Assembly (NCBI GenBank): GCA_951406725.2
Contig: OX597841.1
Span: forward strand, 20,832,001-20,896,000
Length of the DNA: 64,000 nt
Direction of reading: 5' to 3'
Source of the DNA: Octopus vulgaris
Taxonomy: Eukaryota
Shown here: positions 37,401-52,400 of the stretch, one piece after another
How the letters are laid out: each line of letters starts with the position of its first letter
Position numbering within the stretch: the first letter of the stretch is position 1
Made by a program: the position numbers and the translations under genes
Notes under the pieces: generated by a model
Database searches by the model: none
What the model was told of the DNA's origin: nothing
Seen by the model: the letters and a program-made list of their open reading frames with translations, nothing else

Positions 37401-40400
37401 TGTGAACGAGGCTTGTTTGTATGGACGCATGATGTGTGAACGAGGCTTGTTTGTATGGACGCATGATGTGTGAACGAGGCTTGTTTGTATGGACGCATGA
37501 TGTGTGAACGAGGCTTGTTTGTATGGACGCATGATGTGTGAACGAGGCTTGTTTGTATGGACGCATGATGTGTGAACGAGGCTTGTTTGTATGGACGCAT
37601 GATGTGTGAACGAGGCTTGTTTGTATGGACGCATGATGTGTGAACGAGGCTTGTTTGTATGGACGCATGATGTGTGAACGAGGCTTGTTTGTATGGACGC
37701 ATGATGTGTGAACGAGGCTTGTTTGTATGGACGCATGATGTGTGAACGAGGCTTGTTTGTATGGACGCATGATGTGTGAACGAGGCTTGTTTGTATGGAC
37801 GCATGATGTGTGAACGAGGCTTGTTTGTATGGACGCATGATGTGTGAACGAGGCTTGTTTGTATGGACGCATGATGTGTGAACGAGGCTTGTTTGTATGG
37901 ACGCATGATGTGTGAACGAGGCTTGTTTGTATGGACGCATGATGTGTGAACGAGGCTTGTTTGTATGGACGCATGATGTGTGAACGAGGCTTGTTTGTAT
38001 GGACGCATGATGTGTGAACGAGGCTTGTTTGTATGGACGCATGATGTGTGAACGAGGCTTGTTTGTATGGACGCATGATGTGTGAACGAGGCTTGTTTGT
38101 ATGGACGCATGATGTGTGAACGAGGCTTGTTTGTATGGACGCATGATGTGTGAACGAGGCTTGTTTGTATGGACATGGACCATGATGTGTGAACGAGGCT
38201 TGTTTGTATGGACGCATGATGTGTGAACGAGGCTTGTTTGTATGGACGCATGATGTGTGAACGAGGCTTGTTTGTATGGACGCATGATGTGTGAACGAGG
38301 CTTGTTTGTATGGACGCATGATGTGTGAACGAGGCTTGTTTGTATGGACGCATGATGTGTGAACGAGGCTTGTTTGTATGGACGCATGATGTGTGAACGA
38401 GGCTTGTTTGTATGGACGCATGATGTGTTAACGAGGCTTGTTTGTATGGACGCATGATGTGTGAACGAGGCTTGTTTGTATGGACGCATGATGTGTGAAC
38501 GAGGCTTGTTTTTTATGGACGCATGATGTGTGAACGAGGCTTGTTTGTATGGACGCATGATGTGTGAACGAGGCTTGTTTGTATGGACGCATGATGTGTG
38601 AACGAGGCTTGTTTGTATGGACGCATGATGTGTGAACGAGGCTTGTTTGTATGGACGCATGATGTGTGAACGAGGCTTGTTTGTATGGACGCATGATGTG
38701 TGAACGAGGCTTGTTTGTATGGACGCATGATGTGTGAACGAGGCTTGTTTGTATGGACGCATGATGTGTGAACGAGGCTTGTTTGTATGGACGCATGATG
38801 TGTGAACGAGGCTTGTTTGTATGGACGCATGATGTGTGAACGAGGCTTGTTTGTATGGACGCATGATGTGTGAACGAGGCTTGTTTGTATGGACGCATGA
38901 TGTGTGAATGAGGCTTGTTTGTATGGACGCATGATGTGTGAACGAGGCTTGTTTGTATGGACGCATGATGTGTGAACGAGGCTTGTTTTTATGGACGCAT
39001 GATGTGAACGAGGCTTGTTTGTATGGACGCATGATGTGTGAACGAGGCTTGTTTGTATGGACGCATGATGTGTGAACGAGGCTTGTTTGTATGGACGCAT
39101 GATGTGTGAACGAGGCTTGTTTGTATGGACGCATGATGTGTGAACGAGGCTTGTTTGTATGGACGCATGATGTGTGAACGAGGCTTGTTTGTATGGACGC
39201 ATGATGTGTGAACGAGGCTTGTTTGTATGGACGCATGATGTGTGAACGAGGCTTGTTTGTATGGACGCATGATGTGTGAACGAGGCTTGTTTGTATGGAC
39301 GCATGATGTGTGAACGAGGCTTGTTTGTATGGACGCATGATGTGTGAACGAGGCTTGTTTGTATGGACGCATGATGTGTAAACGATGCTTGTGTGTATGG
39401 ACGCATGATGTGTGAACGAGGCTTGTTTGTATGGACGCATGATGTGTAAACGAGGCTTGTTTGTATGGACGCATGATGTGTGAACGAGGCTTGTTTGTAT
39501 GGACGCATGATGTGTGAACGATGCTTGTTTGTATGGACGCATGATGTGTGAACGAGGCTTGTTTGTATGGACGCATGATGTGTGAACGAGGCTTGTTTGT
39601 ATGGACGCATGATGTGTGAACGATGCTTGTTTGTATGGACGCATGATGTGTGAACGAGGCTTGTGTTTATGGACGCATGATGTGTGAACGAGTCTTGTTT
39701 CTATGGACGCATGATGTGTGAACGAGGCTTGTTTGTATGGACGCATGATGTGTGAACGAGGCTTGTTTGTATGGACGCATGATGTGTGAACGAGGCTTGT
39801 TTGTATGGACGCATGATGTGTGAACGAGGCTTGTTTGTATGGACGCATGATGTGTGAACGAGGCTTGTTTCTATGGACGCATGATGTGTGAACGAGGCTT
39901 GTTTGTATGGACGCATGATGTGTGAACGAGGCTTGTTTGTATGGACGCATGATGTGTGAACGAGGCTTGTTTGTATGGACGCATGATGTGTGAACGAGGC
40001 TTGTTTGTATGGACGCATGATGTGTGAACGAGGCTTGTTTGTATGGACGCATGATGGGTTAACGATGCTTGTTTGTATGGACGCATGATGTGTGAACGAG
40101 GCTTGTTTGTATGGACGCATGATGTGTGAACGAGGCTTGTTTGTATGGACGCATGATGTGTGAACGAGGCTTGTTTGTATGGACGCATGATGTGTGAACG
40201 AGGCTTGTTTGTATGGACGCATGATGTGTGAACGAGGCTTGTTTGTATGGACGCATGATGTGTGAACGAGGCTTGTTTGTATGGACGCATGATGTGTGAA
40301 CGAGGCTTGTTTGTATGGACGCATGATGTGTGAACGAGGCTTGTTTGTATGGACGCATGATGTGTGAACGAGGCTTGTTTGTATGGACGCATGATTGGTT

Positions 40401-43400
40401 AACGAGGCTCGTTTGTATAGACGCATGATGTGTGAACGAGGCTTGTTGTATGGACTCTGATGTGTGAACGAGGCTTGTTTGTATGGACGCATGATGTGTG
40501 AACGAGGCTTGTTTGTATGGACGCATGATGTGTGAACGAGGCTTGTTTGTATGGACGCATGATGTGTGAACGAGGCTTGTTTGTATGGACGCATGATGTG
40601 TGAACGAGGCTTGTTTGTATGGACGCATGATGTGTGAACGAGGCTTGTTTGTATGGACGCATGATGTGTGAACGAGGCTTGTTTGTATGGACGCATGATG
40701 TGTGAACGAGGCTTGTTTGTATGGACGCATGATGTGTGAACGAGGCTTGTTTGTATGGACGCATGATGTGTGAACGAGGCTTGTTTGTATGGACGCATGA
40801 TGTGTGAACGAGGCTTGTTTGTATGGACGCATGATGTGTGAACGAGGCTTGTTTGTATGGACGCATGATGTGTGAACGAGGCTTGTTTGTATGGACGCAT
40901 GATGTGTGAACGAGGCTTGTTTGTATGGACGCATGATGTGTGAACGAGGCTTGTTTGTATGGACGCATGATGTGTGAAAGAGGCTTGTTTGTATGGACGC
41001 ATGATGTGTGAACGAGCTTGTTTGTATGGCGCATGATGTGTGAACGAGGCTTTTTTTATGGACGCATGATGTGTGATCGAGGCTTGTTTGAATGGACGCA
41101 TGATTTGTGAACGAGGCTTGTTTGTATGGACGCATGATGTGTGAACGAGGCTTGTTTGTATGGACGCATGATGTGTGAACGAGGCTTGTTTGTATGGACG
41201 CATGATGTGTGAACGAGGCTTGTTTGTATGGACGCATGATGTGTGAACGAGGCTTGTTTGTATGGACGCATGATGTGTGAACGAGGCTTGTTTGTATGGA
41301 CGCATGATGTGTGAACGAGGCTTGTTTGTATGGACGCATGATGTGTGAACGAGGCTTGTTTGTATGGACGCATGATGTGTGAACGAGGCTTGTTTGTATG
41401 GACGCATGATGTGTGAACGAGGCTTGTTTGTATGGACGCATGATGTGTGAACGAGGCTTGTTTGTATGGACGCATGATGTGTGAACGAGGCTTGTTTGTA
41501 TGGACGCATGATGTGTGAACGAGGCTTGTTTGTATGGACGCATGATGTGTGAACGAGGCTTGTTTGTATGGACGCATGATGTGTGAACGAGGCTTGTTTG
41601 TATGGACGCATGATGTGTGAACGAGGCTTGTTTGTATGGACGCATGATGTGTGAACGAGGCTTGTTTGTATGGACGCATGATGTGTGAACGAGGCTTGTT
41701 TGTATGGACGCATGATGTGTGAACGAGGCTTGTTTGTATGGACGCATGATGTGTGAACGAGGCTTGTTTGTATGGACGCATGATGTGTGAACGAGGCTTG
41801 TTTGTATGGACGCATGATGTGTGAACGAGGCTTGTTTGTATGGACGCATGATGTGTGAACGAGGCTTGTTTGTATGGACGCATGATGTGTGAACGAGGCT
41901 TGTTTGTATGGACGCATGATGTGTGAACGAGGCTTGTTTGTATGGACGCATGATGTGTGAACGAGGCTTGTTTGTATGGACGCATGATGTGTGAACGAGG
42001 CTTGTTTGTATGGACGCATGATGTGTGAACGAGGCTTGTTTGTATGGACGCATGATGTGTGAACGAGGCTTGTTTGTATGGACGCATGATGTGTGAACGA
42101 GGCTTGTTTGTATGGACGCATGATGTGTGAACGAGGCTTGTTTGTATGGACGCATGATGTGTGAACGAGGCTTGTTTGTATGGACGCAAGATGTGTGAAC
42201 GAGGCTTGTTTGTATGGACGCATGATGTGTGAACGATGCTTGTTTGTATGGACGCATGATGTGTGAACGACGCTTGTTTGTATGGACGCATGATGTGTGA
42301 ACGAGGCTTGTTTGTATGGACGCATGATGTGTGAACGAGGCTTGTTTGTATGGACGCATGATGTGTGAACGAGGCTTGTTTGTATGGACGCATGATGTGT
42401 GAACGAGGCTTGTTTGTATGGACGCATGATGTGTGAACGAGGCTTGTTTGTATGGACGCATGATGTGTGAACGATGCTTGTTTGTATGGACGCATGATGT
42501 GTGAACGAGGCTTGTTTGTATGGACGCATGATGTGTGAACGAGGCTTGTTTGTATGGACGCATGATGTGTGAACGAGGCTTGTTTGTATGGACGCATGAT
42601 GTGTGAACGAGGCTTGTTTGTATGGACGCATGATGTGTGAACGAGGCTTGTTTGTATGGACGCATGATGTGTGAACGAGGCTTGTTTGTATGGACGCATG
42701 ATGTGTGAACGAGGCTTGTTTGTATGGACGCATGATGTGTGAACGAGGCTTGTTTGTATGGACGCATGATGTGTGAACGAGGCTTGTTTGTATGGACGCA
42801 TGATGTGTGAACGAGGCTTGTTTGTATGGACGCATGATGTGTGAACGAGGCTTGTTTGTATGGACGCATGATGTGTGAACGAGGCTTGTTTGTATGGACG
42901 CATGATGTGTGAACGAGGCTTGTTTGTATGGACGCATGATGTGTGAACGAGGCTTGTTTGTATGGACGCATGATGTGTGAACGAGGCTTGTTTGTATGGA
43001 CGCATGATGTGTGAACGAGGCTTGTTTGTATGGACGCATGATGTGTGAACGAGGCTTGTTTGTATGGACGCATGATGTGTGAACGAGGCTTGTTTGTATG
43101 GACGCATGATGTGTGAACGAGGCTTGTTTGTATGGACGCATGATGTGTGAACGAGGCTTGTTTGTATGGACGCATGATGTGTGAACGAGGCTTGTTTGTA
43201 TGGACGCATGATGTGTGAACGAGGCTTGTTTGTATGGACGCATGATGTGTGAACGAGGCTTGTTTGTATGGACGCATGATGTGTGAACGAGGCTTGTTTG
43301 TATGGACGCATGATGTGTGAACGAGGCTTGTTTGTATGGACGCATGATGTGTGAACGAGGCTTGTTTGTATGGACGCATGATGTGTGAACGAGGCTTGTT

Positions 43401-46400
43401 TGTATGGACGCATGATGTGTGAACGAGGCTTGTTTGTATGGACGCATGATGTGTGAACGAGGCTTGTTTGTATGGACGCATGATGTGTGAACGAGGCTTG
43501 TTTGTATGGACGCATGATGTGTGAACGAGGGACGTTGTTTGTATGGACGCATGATGTGTGAACGAGGCTTGTTTGTATGGACGCATGATGTGTGAACGAG
43601 GCTTGTTTGTATGGACGCATGATGTGTGAACGAGGCTTGTTTGTATGGACGCATGATGTGTGAACGAGGCATGTTTGTATGGACGCATGATGTGTGAACG
43701 AGGCTTGTTTGTATGGACGCATGATGTGTGAACGAGGCTTCTTTGTATGGACGCATGATGTGTGAACGAGGCTTGTTTGTATGGACGCATGATGTGTGAA
43801 CGAGGCTTGTTTGTATGGACGCATGATGTGTGAACGAGGCTTGTTTGTATGGACGCATGATGTGTGAACGAGGCTTGTTTCTATGGACGCATGATGTGTG
43901 AACGAGGCTTGTTTGTATGGACGCATGATGTGTGAACGAGGCTTGTTTGTATGGACGCATGATGTGTGAACGAGGCTTGTTTGTATGGACGCATGATGTG
44001 TGAACGAGGCTTGTTTGTATGGACGCATGATGTGTGAACGAGGCTTGTTTGTATGGACGCATGATGTGTGAACGAGGCTTGTTTGTATGGACGCATGATG
44101 TGTGAACGAGGCTTGTTTGTATGGACGCATGATGTGTGAACGAGGCTTGTTTGTATGGACGCATGATGTGTGAACGAGGCTTGTTTGTATGGACGCATGA
44201 TGTGTGAACGAGGCTTGTTTGTATGGACGCATGATGTGTGAACGAGGCTTGTTTGTATGGACGCATGATGTGTGAACGAGGCTTGTTTGTATGGACGCAT
44301 GATGTGTGAACGAGGCTTGTTTGTATGGACGCATGATGTGTGAACGAGGCTTGTTTGTATGGACGCATGATGTGTGAACGAGGCTTGTTTGTATGGACGC
44401 ATGATGTGTGAACGAGGCTTGTTTGTATGGACGCATGATGTGTGAACGAGGCTTGTTTGTATGGACGCATGATGTGTGAACGAGGCTTGTTTGTATGGAC
44501 GCATGATGTGTGAACGAGGCTTGTTTGTATGGACGCATGATGTGTGAACGAGGCTTGTTTGTATGGACGCATGATGTGTGAACGAGGCTTGTTTGTATGG
44601 ACGCATGATGTGTGAACGAGGCTTGTTTGTATGGACGCATGATGTGTGAACGAGGCTTGTTTGTATGGACGCATGATGTGTGAACGAGGCTTGTTTGTAT
44701 GGACGCATGATGTGTGAACGAGGCTTGTTTGTATGGACGCATGATGTGTGAACGAGGCTTGTTTGTATGGACGCATGATGTGTGAACGAGGCTTGTTTGT
44801 ATGGACGCATGATGTGTGAACGAGGCTTGTTTGTATGGACGCATGATGTGTGAACGAGGCTTGTTTGTATGGACGCATGATGTGTGAACGAGGCTTGTTT
44901 GTATGGACGCATGATGTGTGAACGAGGCTTGTTTGTATGGACGCATGATGTGTGAACGAGGCTTGTTTGTATGGACGCATGATGTGTGAACGAGGCTTGT
45001 TTGTATGGACGCATGATGTGTGAACGAGGCTTGTTTGTATGGACGCATGATGTGTGAACGAGCTTGTTTGTATGGACGCATGATGTGTGAACGATGCTTG
45101 TTTGTATGGACGCATGATGTGTGAACGATGCTTGTTTGTATGGACGCATGATGTGTGAACGGGGCTTGTTTGTATGGACGCATGATGTGTGAACGAGGCT
45201 TGTTTGTATGGACGCATGATGTGTGAACGAGGCTTGTTTGTATGGACGCATGATGTGTGAACGAGGCTTGTTTGTATGGACGCATGATGTGTGAACGAGG
45301 CTTGTTTGTATGGACGCATGATGTGTGAACGAGGCTTGTTTGTATGGACGCATGATGTGTGAACGAGGCTTGTTTGTATGGACGCATGATGTGTGAACGA
45401 GGCTTGTTTGTATGGACGCATGATGTTTGAACGAGGCTTGTTTGTATGGACGCATGATGTGTGAACGAGGCTTGTTTGTATGGACGCATGATGTGTGAAC
45501 GAGGCTTGTTTGTATGGACGCATGATGTGTGAACGAGGCTTGTTTGTATGGACGCATGATGTGTGAACGAGGCTTGTTTGTATGGACGCATGATGTGTGA
45601 ACGAGGCTTGTTTGTATGGACGCATGATGTGTGAACGAGGCTTGTTTGTATGGACGCATGATGTGTGAACGAGGCTTGTATGGACGCATGATGTGTGAAC
45701 GAGGCTTGTTTGTATGGACGCATGATGTGTGAACGAGGCTTGTTTGTATGGACGCATGATGTGTGAACGAGGCTTGTTTGTATGGACGCATGATGTGTGA
45801 ACGAGGCTTGTTTTATGGACGCATGATGTGTGAACGAGGCTTGTTTGTATGGACGCATGATGTGTGAACGAGGCTTGTTTGTATGGACGCATGATGTGTG
45901 AACGAGGCTTGTTTGTATGGACGCATGATGTGTGAACGAGGCTTGTTTGTATGGACGCATGATGTGTGAACGAGGCTTGTTTGTATGGACGCATGATGTG
46001 TGAACGAGGCTTGTTATTATGGACGCATGATGTGTGAACGAGGCTTGTTTGTATGGACGCATGATGTGTGAACGAGGCTTGTTTCTATGGACGCATGATG
46101 TGTGAACGAGGCTTGTTTGTATGGACGCATGATGTGTGAACGAGGCTTGTTTGTATGGACGCATGATGTGTGAACGAGGCTTGTTTGTATGGACGCATGA
46201 TGTGTGAACGAGGCTTGTTTGTATGGACGCATGTGTGAACGAGGCTTGTTTGTATGGACGCATGATGTGTGAACGAGGCTTGTTTGTATGGACGCATGAT
46301 GTGTGAACGAGGCTTGTTTGTATGGACGCATGATGTGTGAACGAGGCTTGTTTTGTATGGACGCATGATGTGTGAACGAGGCTTGTTTGTATGGACGCAT

Positions 46401-49400
46401 GATGTGTGAACGAGGCTTGTTTGTATGGACGCATGATGTGTGAACGAGGCTTGTTTGTATGGACGCATGATGTGTGAACGAGGCTTGTTTGTATGGACGC
46501 ATGATGTGTGAACGAGGCTTGTTTGTATGGACGCATGATGTGTGAACGAGGCTTGTTTGTATGGACGCATGATGTGTGAACGAGGCTTGTTTGTATGGAC
46601 GCATGATGTGTGAACGAGGCTTGTTTGTATGGACGCATGATGTGTGAACGAGGCTTGTTTGTATGGACGCATGATGTGTGAACGAGGCTTGTTTGTATGG
46701 ACGCATGATGTGTGAACGAGGCTTGTTTGTATGGACGCATGATGTGTGAACGAGGCTTGTTTGTATGGACGCATGATGTGTGAACGAGGCTTGTTTGTAT
46801 GGACGCATGATGTGTGAACGAGGCTTGTTTGTATGGACGCATGATGTGTGAACGAGGCTTGTTTGTATGGACGCATGATGTGTGAACGAGGCTTGTTTGT
46901 ATGGACGCATGATGTGTGAACGAGGCTTGTTTGTATGGACGCATGATGTGTGAACGAGGCTTGTTTGTATGGACGCATGATGTGTGAACGAGGCTTGTTG
47001 GACATGTATGGACGCATGATGTGTGAACGAGGCTTGTTTGTATGGACGCATGATGTGTGAACGAGGCTTGTTTGTATGGACGCATGATGTGTGAACGAGG
47101 CTTGTTTGTATGGACGCATGATGTGTGAACGAGGCTTGTTTGTATGGACGCATGATGTGTGAACGAGGCTTGTTTGTATGGACGCATGATGTGTGAACGA
47201 GGCTTGTTTGTATGGACGCATGATGTGTGAACGAGGCTTGTTTGTATGGACGCATGATGTGTGAACGAGGCTTGTTTGTATGGACGCATGATGTGTGAAC
47301 GAGGCTTGTTTGTATGGACGCATGATGTGTGAACGAGGCTTGTTTGTATGGACGCATGATGTGTGAACGAGGCTTGTTTGTATGGACGCATGATGTGTGA
47401 ACGAGGCTTGTTTGTATGGACGCATGATGTGTGAACGAGGCTTGTTTGTATGGACGCATGATGTGTGAACGAGGCTTGTTTGTATGGACGCATGATGTGT
47501 GAACGAGGCTTGTTTGTATGGACGCATGATGTGTGAACGAGGCTTGTTTGTATGGACGCATGATGTGTGAACGAGGCTTGTTTGTATGGACGCATGATGT
47601 GTGAACGAGGCTTGTTTGTATGGACGCATGATGTGTGAACGAGGCTTGTTTGTATGGACGCATGATGTGTGAACGAGGCTTGTTTGTATGGACGCATGAT
47701 GTGTGAACGAGGCTTGTTTGTATGGACGCATGATGTGTGAACGAGGCTTGTTTGTATGGACGCATGATGTGTGAACGAGGCTTGTTTGTATGGACGCATG
47801 ATGTGTGAACGAGGCTTGTTTGTATGGACGCATGATGTGTGAACGAGGCTTGTTTGTATGGACGCATGATGTGTGAACGAGGCTTGTTTGTATGGACGCA
47901 TGATGTGTGAACGAGGCTTGTTTGTATGGACGCATGATGTGTGAACGAGGCTTGTTTGTATGGACGCATGATGTGTGAACGAGGCTTGTTTGTATGGACG
48001 CATGATGTGTGAACGAGGCTTGTTTGTATGGACGCATGATGTGTGAACGAGGCTTGTTTGTATGGACGCATGATGTGTGAACGAGGCTTGTTTGTATGGA
48101 CGCATGATGTGTGAACGAGGCTTGTTTGTATGGACGCATGATGTGTGAACGAGGCTTGTTTGTATGGACGCATGATGTGTGAACGAGGCTTGTTTGTATG
48201 GACGCATGATGTGTGAACGAGGCTTGTTTGTATGGACGCATGATGTGTGAACGAGGCTTGTTTGTATGGACGCATGATGTGTGAACGAGGCTTGTTTGTA
48301 TGGACGCATGATGTGTGAACGAGGCTTGTTTGTATGGACGCATGATGTGTGAACGAGGCTTGTTTGTATGGACGCATGATGTGTGAACGAGGCTTGTTTG
48401 TATGGACGCATGATGTGTGAACGAGGCTTGTTTGTATGGACGCATGATGTGTGAACGAGGCTTGTTTGTATGGTACGCATGATGTGTGAACGAGGCTTGT
48501 TTGTATGGACGCATGATGTGTGAACGAGGCTTGTTTGTATGGACGCATGATGTGTGAACGAGGCTTGTTTGTATGGACGCATGATGTGTGAACGAGGCTT
48601 GTTTGTATGGACGCATGATGTGTGAACGAGGCTTGTTTGTATGGACGCATGATGTGTGAACGAGGCTTGTTTGTATGGACGCATGATGTGTGAACGAGGC
48701 TTGTTTGTATGGACGCATGATGTGTGAACGAGGCTTGTTTGTATGGACGCATGATGTGTGAACGAGGCTTGTTTGTATGGACGCATGATGTGTGAACGAG
48801 GCTTGTTTGTATGGACGCATGATGTGTGAACGAGGCTTGTTTGTATGGACGCATGATGTGTGAACGAGGCTTGTTTGTATGGACGCATGATGTGTGAACG
48901 AGGCTTGTTTGTATGGACGCATGATGTGTGAACGAGGCTTGTTTGTATGGACGCATGATGTGTGAACGAGGCTTGTTTGTATGGACGCATGATGTGTGAA
49001 CGAGGCTTGTTTGTATGGACGCATGATGTGTGAACGAGGCTTGTTTGTATGGACGCATGATGTGTGAACGAGGCTTGTTTGTATGGACGCATGATGTGTG
49101 AACGAGGCTTGTTTGTATGGACGCATGATGTGTGAACGAGGCTTGTTTGTATGGACGCATGATGTGTGAACGAGGCTTGTTTGTATGGACGCATGATGTG
49201 TGAACGAGGCTTGTTTGTATGGACGCATGATGTGTGAACGAGGCTTGTTTGTATGGACGCATGATGTGTGAACGAGGCTTGTTTGTATGGACGCATGATG
49301 TGTGAACGAGGCTTGTTTGTATGGACGCATGATGTGTGAACGAGGCTTGTTTGTATGGACGCATGATGTGTGAACGAGGCTTGTTTGTATGGACGCATGA

Positions 49401-52400
49401 TGTGTGAACGAGGCTTGTTTGTATGGACGCATGATGTGTGAACGAGGCTTGTTTGTATGGACGCATGATGTGTGAACGAGGCTTGTTTGTATGGACGCAT
49501 GATGTGTGAACGAGGCTTGTTTGTATGGACGCATGATGTGTGAACGAGGCTTGTTTGTATGGACGCATGATGTGTGAACGAGGCTTGTTTGTATGGACGC
49601 ATGATGTGAAACGAGGCTTGTTTGTATGGACGCATGATGTGTGAACGAGGCTTGTTTGTATGGACGCATGATGTGTGAACGAGGCTTGTTTGTATGGACG
49701 CATGATGTGTGAACGAGGCTTGTTTGTATGGACACATGATGTGTGAACGAGGTTTTTTTTGTATGGACGCATGATGTGTGAACGAGGCTTGTGAATATGG
49801 ACGCATGATGTGTGAACGAGGCTTGTTTGTATGGACGCATGATGTGTGAACGAGGCTTGTTTGTATGGACGCATGATGTGTGAACGAGGCTTGTTAGTAT
49901 GGACGCATGATGTGTGAACGAGGCTTGTTTGTATGGACGCATGATGTGTGAACGAGGCGTGTTTGTATGGACGCATGATGTGTGAACGAGGCTTGTTTGT
50001 ATGGACGCATGATGTGTGAACGAGGCTTGTTGTATGGACGCATGATGTGTGAACGAGGCTTGTTTGTATGGACGCATGATGTGTGAACGAGGCTTGTTTG
50101 TATGGACGCATGATGTGTGAACGAGGCTTGTTTGTATGGACGCATGATGTGTGAACGAGGCTTGTTTGTATGGACGCATGATGTGTGAACGAGGCTTGTT
50201 TGTATGGACGCATGATGTGTGAACGAGGCTTGTTTGTATGGACGCATGATGTGTGAACGAGGCTTGTTTGTATGGACGCATGATGTGTGAACGAGGCTTG
50301 TTTGTATGGACGCATGATGTGTGAACGAGGCTTGTTTGTATGGACGCATGATGTGTGAACGAGGCTTGTTTGTATGGACGCATGATGTGTGAACGAGGCT
50401 TGTATGGACGCATGATGTGTGAACGAGGCTTGTTTGTATGGACGCATGATGTGTGAACGAGGCTTGTTTGTATGGACGCATGATGTGTGAACGAGGCTTG
50501 TTTGTATGGACGCATGATGTGTGAACGAGGCTTGTTTGTATGGACGCATGATGTGTGAACGAGGCTTGTTTGTATGGACGCATGATGTGTGAACGAGGCT
50601 TGTTTGTATGGACGCATGATGTGTGAACGAGGCTTGTTTGTATGGACGCATGATGTGTGAACGAGGCTTGTTTGTATGGACGCATGATGTGTGAACGAGG
50701 CTTGTTTGTATGGACGCATGATGTGTGAACGAGGCTTGTTTGTATGGACGCATGATGTGTGAACGAGGCTTGTTTGTATGGACGCATGATGTGTGAACGA
50801 GGCTTGTTTGTATGGACGCATGATGTGTGAACGAGGCTTGTTTGTATGGACGCATGATGTGTGAACGAGGCTTGTTTGTATGGACGCATGATGTGTGAAC
50901 GAGGCTTGTTTGTATGGACGCATGATGTGTGAACGAGGCTTGTTTGTATGGACGCATGATGTGTGAACGAGGCTTGTTTGTATGGACGCATGATGTGTGA
51001 ACGAGGCTTGTTTGTATGGACGCATGATGTGTGAACGAGGCTTGTTTGTATGGACGCATGATGTGTGAACGAGGCTTGTTTGTATGGACGCATGATGTGT
51101 GAACGAGGCTTGTTTGTATGGACGCATGATGTGTGAACGAGGCTTGTTTGTATGGACGCATGATGTGTGAACGAGGCTTGTTTGTATGGACGCATGATGT
51201 GTGAACGAGGCTTGTTTGTATGGACGCATGATGTGTGAACGAGGCTTGTTTGTATGGACGCATGATGTGTGAACGAGGCTTGTTTGTATGGACGCATGAT
51301 GTGTGAACGAGGCTTGTTTGTATGGACGCATGATGTGTGAACGAGGCTTGTTTGTATGGACGCATGATGTGTGAACGAGGCTTGTTTGTATGGACGCATG
51401 ATGTGTGAACGAGGCTTGTTTGTATGGACGCATGATGTGTGAACGAGGCTTGTTTGTATGGACGCATGATGTGTGAACGAGGCTTGTTTATATGGACGCA
51501 TGATGTGTGAACGAGGCTTGTTTGTATGGACGCATGATGTGTGAACGAGGCTTGTTTGTATGGACGCATGATGTGTGAACGAGGCTTGTTTGTATGGACG
51601 CATGATGTGTGAACGAGGCTTGTTTGTATGGACGCATGATGTGTGAACGAGGCTTGTTTGTATGGACGCATGATGTGTGAACGAGGCTTGTTTGTATGGA
51701 CGCATGATGTGTGAACGAGGCTTGTTTGTATGGACGCATGATGTGTGAACGAGGCTTGTTTGTATGGACGCATGATGTGTGAACGAGGCTTGTTTGTATG
51801 GACGCATGATGTGTGAACGAGGCTTGTTTGTATGGACGCATGATGTGTGAACGAGGCTTGTTTGTATGGACGCATGATGTGTGAACGAGGCTTGTTTGTA
51901 TGGACGCATGATGTGTGAACGAGGCTTGTTTGTATGGACGCATGATGTGTGAACGAGGCTTGTTTGTATGGACGCATGATGTGTGAACGAGGCTTGTTTG
52001 TATGGACGCATGATGTGTGAACGAGGCTTGTTTGTATGGACGCATGATGTGTGAACGAGGCTTGTTTGTATGGACGCATGATGTGTGAACGAGGCTTGTT
52101 TGTATGGACGCATGATGTGTGAACGAGGCTTGTTTGTATGGACGCATGATGTGTGAACGAGGCTTGTTTGTATGGACGCATGATGTGTGAACGAGGCTTG
52201 TTTGTATGGACGCATGATGTGTGAACGAGGCTTGTTTGTATGGACGCATGATGTGTGAACGAGGCTTGTTTGTATGGACGCATGATGTGTGAACGAGGCT
52301 TGTTTGTATGGACGCATGATGTGTGAACGAGGCTTGTTTGTATGGACGCATGATGTGTGAACGAGGCTTGTTTGTATGGACGCATGATGTGTGAACGAGG